In this document: in pieces, positions 13,184 through 27,050 of the stretch
Layout: the number at the start of each line of letters is the position of its first letter
Numbering within the stretch: the first letter of the stretch is position 1
NCBI GenBank assembly: GCA_010093815.1
Contig: ML996598.1
DNA length: 42,112 bases
Direction: 5' to 3' (one strand)
Origin: Pseudovirgaria hyperparasitica
Taxonomy: Eukaryota
Notes under the pieces: generated by a model
What the model was told of the DNA's origin: nothing
The model's input: the letters and a program-made list of their open reading frames with translations, nothing else
The model's database searches: none
Program-made: the position numbers and the translations under genes

Positions 13184-16100
13184 CTAGGTAGAAAGGATTT
13201 TAGGGTATACGACGTTCCTTAGTATACTATCTAGTATATACTTATTATTATTAGGTGGGATAATATAGATACTCTTAGGGTTAGTAACACGGCTAATAGC
13301 GATATATAGCTAGCTATAGATAAATACCTCTAGGTCTAAGAGGAGGCCTATATTCTAAAGACTCTAGCCCTACGACTTATTAATTATTATAGTAAATACT
13401 AGCTTAACTAGAAATTAGTATTACTTAAAGTCTATTCTATCCTTTAGCTTCTCTATAACGAATAGTATCTATAGAAGTTAGACTATCTCTCTATATTATT
13501 ATATACTAAGAATCTACGCCGTAATAGTTCTAGTATTAATACTAGATACTCGAAGTCGTGTACTATTATAGAGATAATTACTTAGATTAATATTTTATAG
13601 TAATATTATAATATATCTAATCTTAAGTCGTAGCTTATATAGTAGAATTCCTAGTATCTTAAATATATTTATCTACTCGAGTATCATAAAGCTAGTACTA
13701 TTATTATCCTTTAGTTTATTAACCGAGTATTAGATTATAACTTCTCCTAGTATCTATAATAGTAGATATTTATTTAGTATATCTACTTTCTAGTTATATA
13801 TAGTAAGAATAGTAGATAATTAAAGGGCCTCTAAGGTAAGACCCCTAGGCTATCGTATAGTAGAAAAGATTCGGCTTACTAATATATCTAGGCTACGACT
13901 AGGTATAAAGTACTAGATACCCTAAGTAGTATACCTATTATAGCTAGAGCGATTTCTAATGTTAAGAACCTTTACTATAAATCGCTCTATCTTATTATAA
14001 CGACGCTCTATTATCCTAGGCGCCTAAAGACGTATATTTATAGTAAGGCGTAGTATATGGACCTAGGGCTAGAGATATAAGTTCTTTAGATATAATTAGA
14101 TAATCTATAACCGAGTACCACGTAGAATAATTAGAAGAGTCTATTAAAAGTCGCTGTAGAAGTACATTACTATACTACTAAACGCCTCTATATTCTAATT
14201 ATAGATATCGTGTATTATTTAATCTACTACCTTAATAAAATATTAATATAATATTATATACTTATTCTAGAAATATATATCTACGGTATAGAGTATACGG
14301 CTAAGATAGATACTAGCGCTAATATTATAGCTAGTATTACGCTCTATCTAGAGGAGAATCTTAAAATAGAAATATACTATTATAGTACTATATAAAAGAA
14401 TTATAGTAATACTAGAGGAGGTAGTTACTAGTATAACTTTCCTAGAAAGTCGTAGTATATCTAGTACTAGATTCTATACTAGTATCTTCTCTATTCTACC
14501 AGGCCTATTAAGAAAGAAGACCCCCCTATAACTAGCCTCTATAGCGCCTAATAAAGTATTATATATATATTACTACTCCTAGTTTAGACTAGGGAGATAC
14601 TATATAATAAACTACGCTAGGTTATTATAACGCTAGTTTATCTACTTATAAAGGATATAATTTCTATCTAGTATAGTTATATAGAGCTAATTAAAGGCTA
14701 GCGTAGGGAGTATAACACGGTTTATATCCGTTTCTATATACTAGAGATAGTTACGAATATAGTAGAGTACTAGCTTATATCGCTATATAACTATTAGCTT
14801 AGGGATCTAGAAGTACTTACGAAGCTAGTAGATATAGTTATCGCTAAGGGTATCCTTAAACTAGTTCTAGAGATCTCGATTACTACCTTAGTTATTAGCT
14901 TATACTATAATAGTAAATATCTATCGTAGGCCTACTATAGACGAAGTACCTATAATCTCTATAAGTGCTAGCTAGTATTTACTATTATTATAGAGTAGTC
15001 CTTATATAGTATATATATCACGGTATATAGAATATACTATACTATTATATATTCTTATATTATTAAATAATACCTACCTAGGGATATAGAGAAGTAGAGT
15101 TCGTAGATAGAATACCTCTCTAGCTATCCATGGTACCTAGAGTAGATAACTAATTAAGAACTTACCGCGTCGCTTACGCTATACCTTATCCTAGATCTAG
15201 GTATAATACTAGGGAAACTCTATATAATAGAGTTATAGTAGCCCTACGATAGCACGCTACTAGTTTATAATAAAGAACTTAGTTAGTATTATATTCCTAG
15301 CCTACGCCGGGATAGATATATTCCCTAGTAAGTTATTATCGCTATATTAGAAGATAACCATTTACTAATTCTTCTTATATATAGTAAGTATCTATATAGA
15401 GGGGAACTAGCTATAGAATAGTAGACTTATAATACCGTAGATAGCCTTATAGCTAGAGAGATAGTATATATTAATAAAGACCTTTATCTTATTAAGAATC
15501 TAATTCTAGGGAGGATACTCTACGCTAGTACTACGATAACTCTATTACTACTAACGACTAGCTTAAGTATAACTATTACCACGGCCGCGATGCCGTATAC
15601 CACCTATATATATCTACTACCCTAGGTCTAGATATAACCTAGAAGGATTTAGGTTATTGCGCTATATAAGGATATTTACCATATCTAGGTCCTTATATAT
15701 ATACTTAAATATATACTTAAACACGTCTATACTATAGTACGACTTAATATTAATATATATATTATACCGTTTTAAAAGGTAAGGATTATATAGCACGATA
15801 TTATAACTTAAGTAGATATACTAATTATTATTCTTCTAGTAGATATATACGCTAGCACGACGCTAGTAGAATAGCTCTTTTCTAACTAGTAGTAACGTCT
15901 TATTTATATATAGAAAGAGAAACTAATAGTAATACTTACGGTAACTAGAATATCTCTTACTTATTATTATATATAGACTTAATAGATTTACGTTACTATA
16001 AGGCCTATATAGTATAGTATAATAGATAATTCTAAATAGTACTAGATTAGAGCTTAGGTCTAGGAGCTCTATATATATAGCGGTATTGATCTTTTTAATA

Positions 16101-16520
16101 GAAGTAGCGCGATTATCTAGTATTATAATAATAAGAATATAGATATATAGTAGTCTACGCTTCTAAAACTTAATAGAGTAGTAGTACACGATATACTTTC
16201 TAAGGATATAGCTCTTTATTAGATTATATAGAAGCTATACTAGCTTTATATAGAAAACGCGATAGTAGAGGTTAATTTAGTCTATTACTAATTCTTCTAG
16301 CGCTAGCTTATCTATTACCTTACGCTAGGCTAGGTTATATATTATAGTAATAAAGAACTCTAGTAGCCTACTATACACCGCCATAGCTATTATATTAAAA
16401 TATAGCTCTTATATAAACTAAGGCCCGCTATAGAAAGTCTTTCTAAGTATAATAGTACTTCCTACATTAGGAAAGATACGGCGCTTCCAAGTACTTCTAA
16501 GTACTCTCTAAGTATTCTTT
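13184..16520 (-). pseudogene. Helitron Rep (HUH-Y2) plus PIF1 helicase
   Basis: Reverted motifs in order: GGPRFMQELYFDAMA..FFITMTCNPAW..RVF (~16255-16435), IEFQKRGLPHIHIL (~16135-16175), VPYNPYLLKRYNxHINVE..FKYVFKYIYKGPD (~15685-15797), FFLDGPGGTGKT (~14483-14518), QFPVKLAFAMTINKSQGQSL..HGQLYVAISRV..RNVVYPEIL (~13190-13416). Confidence 0.95.
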
Positions 16521-16587
16521 TATCCTATTATATTTATTAGGCGGATCTACTTACTATCTATCCTAATAGGACGGCTTTATATAATTT

Positions 16588-16713
16588 ATACTAAGTATCC
16601 CGCTTATATCGAACGTCCCGTTTATACCGAACGTACTAGTTATACTAAACGTCCCGTTAGTACCGAACGTACTAGTTATACTAAACGTCCCGTTTATACC
16701 GAATGTACCGTTT
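16588..16713. repeat. 18-bp tandem repeat, 7 units (ATACCGAACGTCCCGTTT-like)
   Basis: Units start at 16588, 16606, 16624, 16642, 16660, 16678 and 16696. Confidence 0.85.
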
Positions 16714-16864
16714 ATACTAACGGGATAATTAGTACTAGTTATTTTCTCAATACTAATTAGCTTACTAGTACTACTTATTTACTATATACTAATAACTCTT
16801 ATAGAATAAATAGTATCTAGTATTTTAGCTTCTCTATCTACTCTATCTACTCTATCTACTCTAT

Positions 16865-17049
16865 NNNNNNNNNNNNNNNNNNNNNNNNNNNNNNNNNNNN
16901 NNNNNNNNNNNNNNNNNNNNNNNNNNNNNNNNNNNNNNNNNNNNNNNNNNNNNNNNNNNNNNNNNNNNNNNNNNNNNNNNNNNNNNNNNNNNNNNNNNNN
17001 NNNNNNNNNNNNNNNNNNNNNNNNNNNNNNNNNNNNNNNNNNNNNNNNN
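16865..17049. other. Assembly gap (185 N)
   Basis: Run of N, preceded by a CTCTATCTA short tandem repeat. Confidence 1.
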
Positions 17050-17549
17050 TTTCTAAAGTAATATCTTTATCTAAAGTATCTCTATAACTCTATATATCTT
17101 ATTATTCTAAATTATATCTTTAGTATATTTAATTATAGTCTTTAAATTTAATACTAGAAAGATAATATATAATAGAGAGTAGAGGTTTAAAATTAATTAG
17201 ACTAGGAACTTAAATTAAATAGTACTATTCTAAGCTCTCTCTAACTATATAGCTATAATAAAATATAGTAGACCTTCCTTTCTTCTATCTTTAGGCGGTA
17301 TCCTTTATCTATTAAAAGGTATTCTTATCTAGAACTACCTTTAATAACCTTTTCTCCCACTAGATACTTCCCTCTATATTTCTAGTTACTATTTTTATTC
17401 TCTCTTATATTATCTATTCGGCCTCGTGGTAGTCTATATAGTTCCCTAGTTATATACTAATATCCGACTTCTCTTAAAAGTATATACTCTTTATATATAG
17501 GTTAAAGACCCGACTTAAACGTCCGCTACTATCTTACTTTATTTTAATT

Positions 17550-18500
17550 TAAGTATTAGTTAGGGTAGATAGACTACTAGTTAAGGTAGCTATAACTAGG
17601 GATAATAAGTTAGTAATAGACTTATTTATACTATATATATATATACTATTATTTACTATTCCCGCGGTTACTTAGAGCGGGTCTATACTTAATATCTAAG
17701 ATAGTATAATCTTATCTATAGCTACTACTAGTAGTATAGAACTCTTACCTATATCTAATAGTATATAAGATAATTCGAGGTACTTATCTAACTAGTTTAG
17801 AGTATCTAACTTATTCTTTTTATAGTAGTTAGTATCTATATAGCTTCTATAACTTTAGTATATACTTATATTATCTAATAGCTTAGACTCCTTGCTCTTA
17901 TCTAAGTTATCTATATCTACTTTAGAGAAGTTATCTAGGTTATCTTTATATAGGTTTATATATATAGTATCCGGGTTAATTAGTATTAGTACTATAAATA
18001 CTAATACTATTAGCGATTTTTAAATATAGTCGATATAGTAGGGCGCCTAGTTCGACTATATTAGGCTTAGTACTTACTATTTCTCTATATAATTTAGCAC
18101 GCGATTAGATAAAGGTATATATATATACCTAGTATTAGTAGAGAGTATACGAATCTATAGCAACTAAAGGATGAGTTTAGCGCCCGCCTACTACTATATT
18201 TATTAAGGGTATATCTTATTATAATATATATAATAGTAATTATAGATAGTAGAATCAGTCGGAATATACTACTATAGTACTCCTTTAATCTAAGGAATCT
18301 TAGGGACTATAGTAGAACTAACTTTAGAGCCTTAATTACTACTAGCTCTATAAATATTTTCCGAGTTACGCTAGTATTATACTAATAATTAGTAATATAT
18401 CTAATACGATATAAGTAATATACCTTTACTTCTATATACGCGTTATTATATATTAGATTACTTATACTAGCTTTTCTCTTCTCAGCTATCTTCTAGTCCT
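17550..18500 (-). pseudogene. Possible degraded ORF, unknown product
   Basis: Minus-strand frame with few stops (LINPDT..DNLDNFSKVDID..LDKYLE); no family confidently recognised. Confidence 0.3.
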
Positions 18501-19649
18501 AGTATTTAGATACTATCTATCTAACTCTAGAGAGGAGTTAGTAACGGAAGTCTATTATATCTTCCTTTACTAGCGTAATAATATAGACGGGAGATATATT
18601 TTATAAATTATAATTAAGGTAGTAGCTACTAAGATTAATATCTCCGGCGGCTATCTAGGCCGATTATACTAGTATTCTAAAACTATCTAGGCTACTATCT
18701 AGCTATATATTAAGGCGATTAAATACCAGTAGTAACCAGCCTAAAAACGTTATAGCAATTAAAATCTCTATTATCATAAGGTAACGGTCTCATTTATAAG
18801 ACTAGAGACTATCTCTATAGAACCGCCTCTTTTCACGGATAGTTAGTTCCCTCTCTACTACTATTTCTCTATCTTTATCTATTAAGCTAGATAGCTAATA
18901 TAGTAGAGGAGAGGACGTAAGACCGTTATATCCCTAGTTACTATTATAGTAGAATATTACTATAACGTCTAAGCTATATAGGGCGTTACTACTATATTCG
19001 CTACTAGTATACCTAGACTACTAGATTATTAGTAGGTAAACGAACGCGTTAAGATAAGCTAGGTATATATATATACGTTTTTTATATTAATAGCTATTAT
19101 ATAAGTCTCTATTATTAATACTAATACGTGTCTATATTATATCGTATCTTTATTTATCTATCCCGTTTAGTTTACTATAGTTACTAGATTATCTTCTATT
19201 AGTATTACCACTATAGTAGCTAGATAGTCCCTTAACCGTCTTCCGTGTTAGAGGTTCTATAGAGAAGATATATAAGAGATTAGTAGATATTTTTATTAGC
19301 TATAGATTAGTAACCTACTAGGCGATAATATTAGGTAGTAAAATAATAACTAGCTAGTAGATATAATAAAGGTTTAGACGTAGACTAATATAGTATTTTT
19401 ATAGACGCGTAATACTTACACGTTATTATTAATAATTTTAAGTAAGCATATATAGGAATTAAGGGGCTAAGAGCTAGGTAGAAGTTAAGGGTTAGTAGGT
19501 ATATATCGGGCTTTCGACGGGCTTACACCTAACTTCTTCTAGTATATACCTAGAATATTTACTATATACCGTATTATTACTATCTACTAATAATTATACT
19601 ATAGTATTTTTCCTTTATAGTAACTATATCTTAAGATACTATAGGCCGT

Positions 19650-22600
19650 AGTCTTCTACTAATACTATAGTAGAAAGATTAGTAGTATATACTATATAAT
19701 CTATAGGTACTATAACTTAGAACTATATAGACGAGTACGGCTTACCGCATTACTATTATTATTATAACTATTAGGCCTATAGCTACTACTATTAACTAGG
19801 TCACGGCGTGGCTTTAGTACTTATAGTTATATTAATTAATAGAACTCTTTAGTTCGCTCTATTAGTATTTAGCCGTTAAGTATTAATTAGAAGTCTAAGT
19901 CTATAGAATTAGATATATCTACTACTAATACAGCCCTATATAAAGATACTACTATATTCTCTAATTCTATTTCGGACCTAGAATCTATAGACGGCGTTAC
20001 TAGTAGCTATAGTACTAATTTAGTATATTAGTCTAATATATATTATAGAAATACTATATCTATAGTAACGAGAGCGTCTAGTACTATATATTTAATAAAA
20101 ATGTTTAAAGAAGAGAGCGGTATATATATTATAGTAGACTAGAGTAGACGTGATAATCCGTCCGATGTAAGTATATATAGTCTAGGTTTATAGTAGTAAC
20201 TAATTTAGTAGGCCCGATTTGGTTAATTTAATAGTAAGTTTATAGAGCGCCTTATAATATAGATAAATCGGTTTAGTATTTTAAATATAGTATATAATAA
20301 ATTAACTACTATCCTTAAATAGACTTCCGCTATACCCCCTAATCTTTATATACTAAAATCTAATATTATATATAAGTAGTTATTATACTACTCTAAAGGG
20401 ATACCGTACGAAAGTTAGTAGCGTAGCTATAATATATTTAGTACTACTATAGTTAAATACTAGTATAGGGATCCGCTTATATTAGTAGAATTTCTTCTTA
20501 GATACTAACTATTTACTAGTAAGCTCGTGTTTAAGTTAGTATAATAATTTACTAGTTTAGATAACCGGGTATATAGTAAAGCCTATATAGTAGATAGTTA
20601 GTAGGATATATATACTACTATTCCGGATAGTACCGTTATTATCTCTATTATTTTATCTTTAGATAAGATAAACCTTACTAACCATAGTAGTAATAGAGTA
20701 GTATAGCTAGTCTATCTATCTATTTATAATCTACTACTAAACGTCCGCTTATCTAGGAGTCTACTATTATTTCTACTACTTACTCTATTACTAGTAGTTA
20801 AGCTAGAAACGGTAGCGAATCGCTTTATATTCTATTAGGTTATAAGTAAAGTTCTAGCCTATATATCTATCTATAATAGAGTCGTTAACTATACTAATTA
20901 TTATATAGTATTATAGACTATATAGAATACTAGAGTATTAGTATTATATACTAATAGCGGCTTATATAAGTACTATCCGCGTTTAGCTTTATATATTATA
21001 GATTTTCCGGAGTAGGTACTTATTACGGGTATATTCTATTAGTATATATATCTAATATATATAGTCTCTAGTAATAGATAATAGTATCTATAAGAAGCCA
21101 TTACTAGTATATAGAAGTTCTATATATACTCGTCGTTATAGAAATAGATTTACTATATATATTATAAGTTAATAACTAATAGCTACGGTAGTAAGTATAC
21201 TAGTAGTAAGATAGATAATAGAACGAGTATACCTAGTGTCTTATTATTTTCGTCGACGTCTTTCGCGCTAGTAGTATAGAGCTATTATATTTACTAATTA
21301 GTTAAGAGTTAGTATTCTAGTAGGTAGATAGAGCTATTAGATAATTTCGCCTAGTTACTTACTAGAGTTAATATATACCACGCGGTCGCTCTAGACATTC
21401 TATATTAACTATATAAGGGTATATTAGAATACACGTTTAATTAGATAGTCTCGTATATTATTAATTAAGAGTATATAGAACATAGATTAAAGGGTGTATT
21501 TACTAGTATACCCCCTATAGAATAAGTAAAGAAGGTAATTAATAAGCGATTCGCGTCTATTAGAGCATTTAGTTATTATAACCTACTTATATATATAACT
21601 TTAGTAATATAATAGACGGGGGCAATATTTAAGTGTATACTAGTAGTATTTATAGTTACATTTAAACCGCTTCTATATTATAATCGATACTTCCTAAGCG
21701 TAGTACGGGTGGTTATATAAGGAGGTAGGCTCTATATACTAACTAACTACACCATAAAAGGACCGAATCTTGAAGCTACTACTTCAAGGGTGGAGCACAC
21801 TACTTATATACGACTACTACATACATGTATAATTAACTGGCAGGCCACGTGCTCCTCACGTGCCTAACATTATCCCCCTTTTCAAAGGCGCGTGTCCTTA
21901 CGCGTCGTGGGCATACTACCTTACGAAAGATGAACTAAACTAGCCGCAACGGGCCTAGTATAAACCATGTACATATATAACCAATACTCGTAATGCCGCC
22001 TCTAGTACTAGACACGCTAACTTACCGTAGTAACGTTACTACTATGTTATCCGTCACGTGCATAAAGCACACGTAACGTGGTAAGCTAAACGGAATCGTG
22101 CGAAATTCAATAACGGTTGACTAGACCGAGAGTTAAACCCGTGACCCCGTAGTAGCTTTAAGATTATATAAGGAGGTGGGCTCTACGCACTAACCAACTA
22201 CACTATAAAAGGACCGAATCTTAAAGCTACTGCTTTAAGGGTGGAGCATACTACTTATATACGACTACTATATACATGTATAATTAACTAGTAGGCCACG
22301 TGCTCCTTACGTGCCTAACAGGTTATTAATATATATATATTAGCGGCGTACTATATATATAATATATAGATACTAGTATACTTAGAAGAGGCTATATTAC
22401 GCTTAGATAATCTAAAATACTAGTTTATACTATATCGTGGAGATAAATTAGAGGATAATCATTTTAACTTTCCGAAGTTCCATGTATTATTATACCTAGT
22501 TAATACTATTAAATACTATAGTTTATTATATCTAATATTGGTAGAGCTACTAGAGTAATCTTATATTATAGTAAAGAAATTATATTAAGGTTTAAATAAG

Positions 22601-23570
22601 AGGGAGACGTTTCTATAGTAGATACTAGTAGTAGATATATATATAATGAATACTAAAATCTCTAGTAGTATAGAGGTAGCGGCTAGTACTAGTATATTAG
22701 TAGCCCCTAGCCTAGAGTAGCTTAATAATATATATAAGCTAGTTAGCTAGTAGCGTATTCTAAAGAAGCTATACTAGAGTAAATATATACTCTACGTCTT
22801 ATAGAGCTATAGACTATCTATATTCTACTAGACTACTATTAGCGACCTCTATAATATATATAGTAGTAGTTTTATATTATTTAATATAGTTATACCTTTT
22901 ATACGTAACTATCGTAATTAGCTTATTAGAGATAATATATTAAAAGATACGAATATTAAATATATTAAAAAGGACCCTTATAGACACGGGTCCTTTCTAT
23001 CTATATATATAAGACTATATATATACTAATACAACTAGATAGAGATATATCTATAGAGGCCTTTAACCTAATTTAGATAAGGTATATCTATAACTAGTAA
23101 AAGAGTAGTAAGGCTAGGGAGAATTATATAATAGTATAGAAGTTTAATAAGGGTAGTAACTACCTTAACGGGAAGCGGGTTAGTAAAGTCTATATATTTC
23201 TAGAGATATATAATACGGAGAGTATCGACGTAACTAGTAGTATAGTAGCGCGATTCCTAGGTATATTAGTTAAACTACTTAATAACTTGGGTAGAGGTAA
23301 TATTAATACTATTAGTAGTCTTATACTATTATATATAGTAGGTTAAAGGTCTAGTAATAAGACTCGTACGATAGATAGGTTCCGTGTCTACGAGCTAGAG
23401 TATATTCTATACCCTATATAGATTATATTACGTTGGTTAGTTATAGATAGTTTATTCTAGTTAGATATATATAGTAATTAGAGGATCTATAATAAGATAT
23501 ATAACCTAGACTTCTAGGCTATAAATAGACGAAATATAACTATAGCGTTAAAACACGGGTACGTATCGTA
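19650..23570 (+). pseudogene. Plavaka-type (CACTA/EnSpm-related) transposase, interrupted by a TRIM
   Basis: Reverted motifs YRDPL..FLLGHQPF..RVYSEA..WW (~20464-20605), IPIILSSDKTNLT..WPVYLSIxN (~20641-20730), ADFPEQ..CPxC (~21000-21060), PDILHQLHKG (~21392-21420), QWTG, and after the TRIM HFNFPKFH..E..H..K..Y..SNK (~22460-22600). Start approximate. Confidence 0.85.
21716..22320 (-). mobile_element. 605-bp non-autonomous LTR element (TRIM)
   Basis: 154-bp direct repeats at 21716-21869 and 22167-22320, GGTTA duplication at 21711-21715 and 22321-22325, minus-strand PPT AAAAGGGGGA next to the left LTR, 297-bp non-coding interior. Confidence 0.93.
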
Positions 23571-24017
23571 AGTCTATCGCTATCTACTACCGCCTACTAT
23601 AGTATACTAGTATATACCGGTATATAGCGGAAGTAATGGTTTATATATAGTAGTACTCGATAGTTATATTCTATACTAGAATATCTCTAAGGAATAATCG
23701 TGGTTTATTATAATTAGTTCTATAATAGACTTATATTTAATAACTATCTATAATTTTAGCTAAGGAGTATCTAGGGATACACCTCCTTATTATCTAATAA
23801 TTACTAGCTAGTATAAAAACTCCACGCCTGTAAAAGGGGTATATAGAACTAAAAGGATTCTTATTTACGGGTAGAACTAGATACGGATAGTATTAATCTA
23901 ATATAGATAGATTATATATATTAATACCCTAAAATCTAAACTATATCTCTAGGCCTACTAGACCTAGCTTATATCTAATTCTAATATTTTTATTATCCGC
24001 GTTTATACCTTATTAGA

Positions 24018-24145
24018 TACTAGGTATATAATAAGTCTATAGTTAAGTAAGTATTAGATACGTAACGAGTCTATTAATAAATAAGTACTAGGTATATAAT
24101 AAGTCTATATAAATAAGTATAAATAAGTATATACTAGGTATATAA
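24018..24145. repeat. Short dispersed direct repeat TACTAGGTATATA(TAATAAGTCTATA), three copies
   Basis: Copies near 24018, 24086 and 24132. Confidence 0.6.
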
Positions 24146-25099
24146 CGCTCTTACTAGGGAAACGTCTTTCTTAAGTATCTCCCTCTTCTAATATTTCTTC
24201 TTCTCTTTCTTTATTCTTTCTCTAGCCTTATAAGTATAGTTAGACTTATATTACTATATTATTAATATATATATTCTTATATAGACCGTTAGAAACTACG
24301 GTAACTAGATATACGTTCTTATAATAGATAAATATACTATACTAATATGTCGTATTGTTCGTGTTTAATATAAGGGTTTACTACTATAATTATTTATTAT
24401 TACGCTTGTCTATCTCTTCTTAATAATAGTACTAATTAATAATAATCTATTATAGAGATAATAGTTAGTATTACGTACTTCTCTTAAATATTTATATATT
24501 AATATTATATAAGTATATACTTTGCGGAGGTCCTCTATCCTTCTCTTAAGCTACCTAGACTATTCTCTAATTACTAGAAACTCTTATATCTAACTATTTC
24601 TACTATTTATTCCTTGGTTCTACTTATTAGGCTTTAAATAATAGCGAACTATAATAGATTAGTAGTTATCTATATTTCGTGTACGCCGAGTTAGTATACC
24701 TAAATATAATAGATAATAGTATATTTATAATAGTATATACTAGATCTTATAGTATTCCTCTTTAACGGTAGATCTATATAGTTATAAAGACGGTCTACTA
24801 TTCTATTATACCTATATACTACGCTACTCTTTTATTATATATAGATAGTATTACTAGAGTAGAGCTATTATCTATTATACTTAATATTATATATAGAGTA
24901 TTATATATTTAATATCGTTATTTCACGTGCTCTATATTAGTACGGGATCGGATACTAGTTATATATTTCCCCGCCTCTATTAAATTAACGAGTTATTACT
25001 AATAACTATACGGACTACTTATATCGATATAGCCGTAATATACGTGTTATATCTACGTCTATTATATAGAGTATATATATTATCTCTCTATTACCCTAG

Positions 25100-27050
25100 T
25101 AATATACCCTATTCTCTATTCTATCTATCTATAGCTACGTCTAGCTAGCCGCGAATAAATAGCCGAGTAGAAGTAAGTCTCAATATACTTTATATATTTA
25201 GGGCGTCCGATAGGTAGAAACTTCGGGTATATATAGAAGAGTTAATTTAAGAGGAATTTACTAGTCTATTACTAAACCTACGTAGTAAGGAAGTAAAGGA
25301 CTACTATATAAAACGAGAGTATTACCTCTAGATAGTCGCGGATAAATATATATTTATTAATAGTAGTTATACTATTTTATAGATAGATACTATATATTAA
25401 CTTAATACTATATTCTTGGTATTTACGCGTAACTAGCGGCGGTTAGCTAAATACTATTATATATGTTAAAACGATGCCCTAGGCTAGACGAGCTATTATA
25501 ATATTATATATACTCTATAAACCCGTCTAATATATCTAGCTAACCTAGTTATTCGACTATCGGACTACTAGTATCTATATCTTCTAAAGTAGCTATGCTA
25601 CCGTGTTATATATATATATATATCTATAGTCCTTATCCGCGATCGTACTCGGGTTACCCTAGTACTAATAACGGCTATATAGAATAGCACGACGCTATTA
25701 AATATTAAGGGTATAAAAATATATAATATAGTAGGTCTTAGTATAAATAAACTATTAGAATTTATTAGCTTATCTATAGATATACTAGGGGATATAGATA
25801 GTTATAGGCATGGTCGCGTCTACCTAGAATACCCGATTCTACTAAGCGAGTCGAGTAATATAATCCTTTATAAGGATAGTTTAGACTAGGTATTATAGTA
25901 GGCTATTAAATAGATACTAGGCTTAGGACTAGATTAGGTGGTTTTCCGCGTAGGCGATATAAACGGTATATTTAGAAGTCTACTATAATATATTAACTAT
26001 AATCTAACTATATAGGAACGTCGCGCTATAAGTATAGTAGTAGAATTTCTCTATCTAGCGCGCGTAGATAAGCTCGAGATATATATACGCTAATAGATAT
26101 TAGTATATATTAATATATTACGACTACTAAGCGGTATATTTTAATATATACTAGTATATCTAGTATATACTAGTATAATGCTATCGCTCTTCCGTAGACC
26201 TAATACTATTTATATATCTTAGGTTTTCGGTTATCGGTTACGTATAGAGTTATATATATAGTAGATACCTTACTAGATTTAGGTCTTTCGTCGATAGTAT
26301 ATAGATATACCCTAGTCTACTTAATATAGGCGTAGTTAATACTTTATCTACTTAAATAATAGACGTTAATAACGACGTAACTAGTATATTTATCTATTAT
26401 ATTATTAGCTAGCTAATATTATATTAGGAGAGTTAAGCGCCGCCGTTCTATCTACTCTATCTATTAATATTAATATACTAGTAATTATAACCTAATCACC
26501 TTATAAATTAATATATAATATTAGTATACTTAAGAGTTTAAGCGAACGTATAAAAGTCTAATATTATATACTATTTAGGGCCGGGGAGGAAGCGTCTACT
26601 AGTATAGTAGTTATTAAGGCGATAGTAGAAGTCTATATATAACTAGATATACTAAGTCCGCCTTCTTCTTATATAGTTCTATCGCTAGATAATATTACTA
26701 GTTTTAATATTACGGGAGAGGAGTTTATAGACACGAACCTATAAATATTAGTATAATATTAGCTTAATAGTACGTATTATAGTATAAAGTAAGTTATATT
26801 TAAGTAGTAGTTAGACATGTACGCTAGTATACTAATAGATATATAGTATCTCTACTATAAATAGAATAGGTAAGGCATAGCTAGTAATATCTTACTATCT
26901 AGAAGAGATAGTTACTATAGAATTTAGAAGATAGGCTTAGCGTCTATAGTATTAGTATATTAGATAGCTAAACTTTTATATAATACTATTTACTTATATC
27001 TATATTTATCTAAGCTCTAATTTAATAGCCTTCTATAACGTACTATATAC
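25100..27050 (+). pseudogene. Degraded ORF of unknown function
   Basis: More than 1 kb in one codon-like frame with RIP-type stops only (FRASDR..EEL..HGRVYLEYP..VVFRVGD..EFLYLARVDKLE); no family recognised. Confidence 0.45.

Larger units (their letters stand above)
10773..16864 (-). mobile_element. RIPed Helitron (3' end at 10773; 5' end not located, runs at least to the gap)
   Basis: Minus strand ends GCCTA-CCGGCTA-TAGGC (hairpin) CACC CTAG followed by target T. No target duplication is expected. Rep-helicase gene lies on the same strand. Confidence 0.88.

Noticed and set aside
16830..16864. CTCTATCTA repeat as a telomere remnant
   Set aside because: 9-bp period, not TTAGGG-derived; probably just the repeat that broke the assembly.
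17550..18100. hAT transposase C-terminus (L..DP...ELDxYL-like)
   Set aside because: The diagnostic W..P.L...A...S..ER.FS dimerisation motif is not seen; resemblance too weak.
22120..22150. tRNA T-arm/B-box-like motif in the TRIM (minus strand CGGGTTTAACTCTCG)
   Set aside because: It needs assumed reversions, the stem is imperfect and no cloverleaf could be built; tRNAscan-SE on a consensus would decide.
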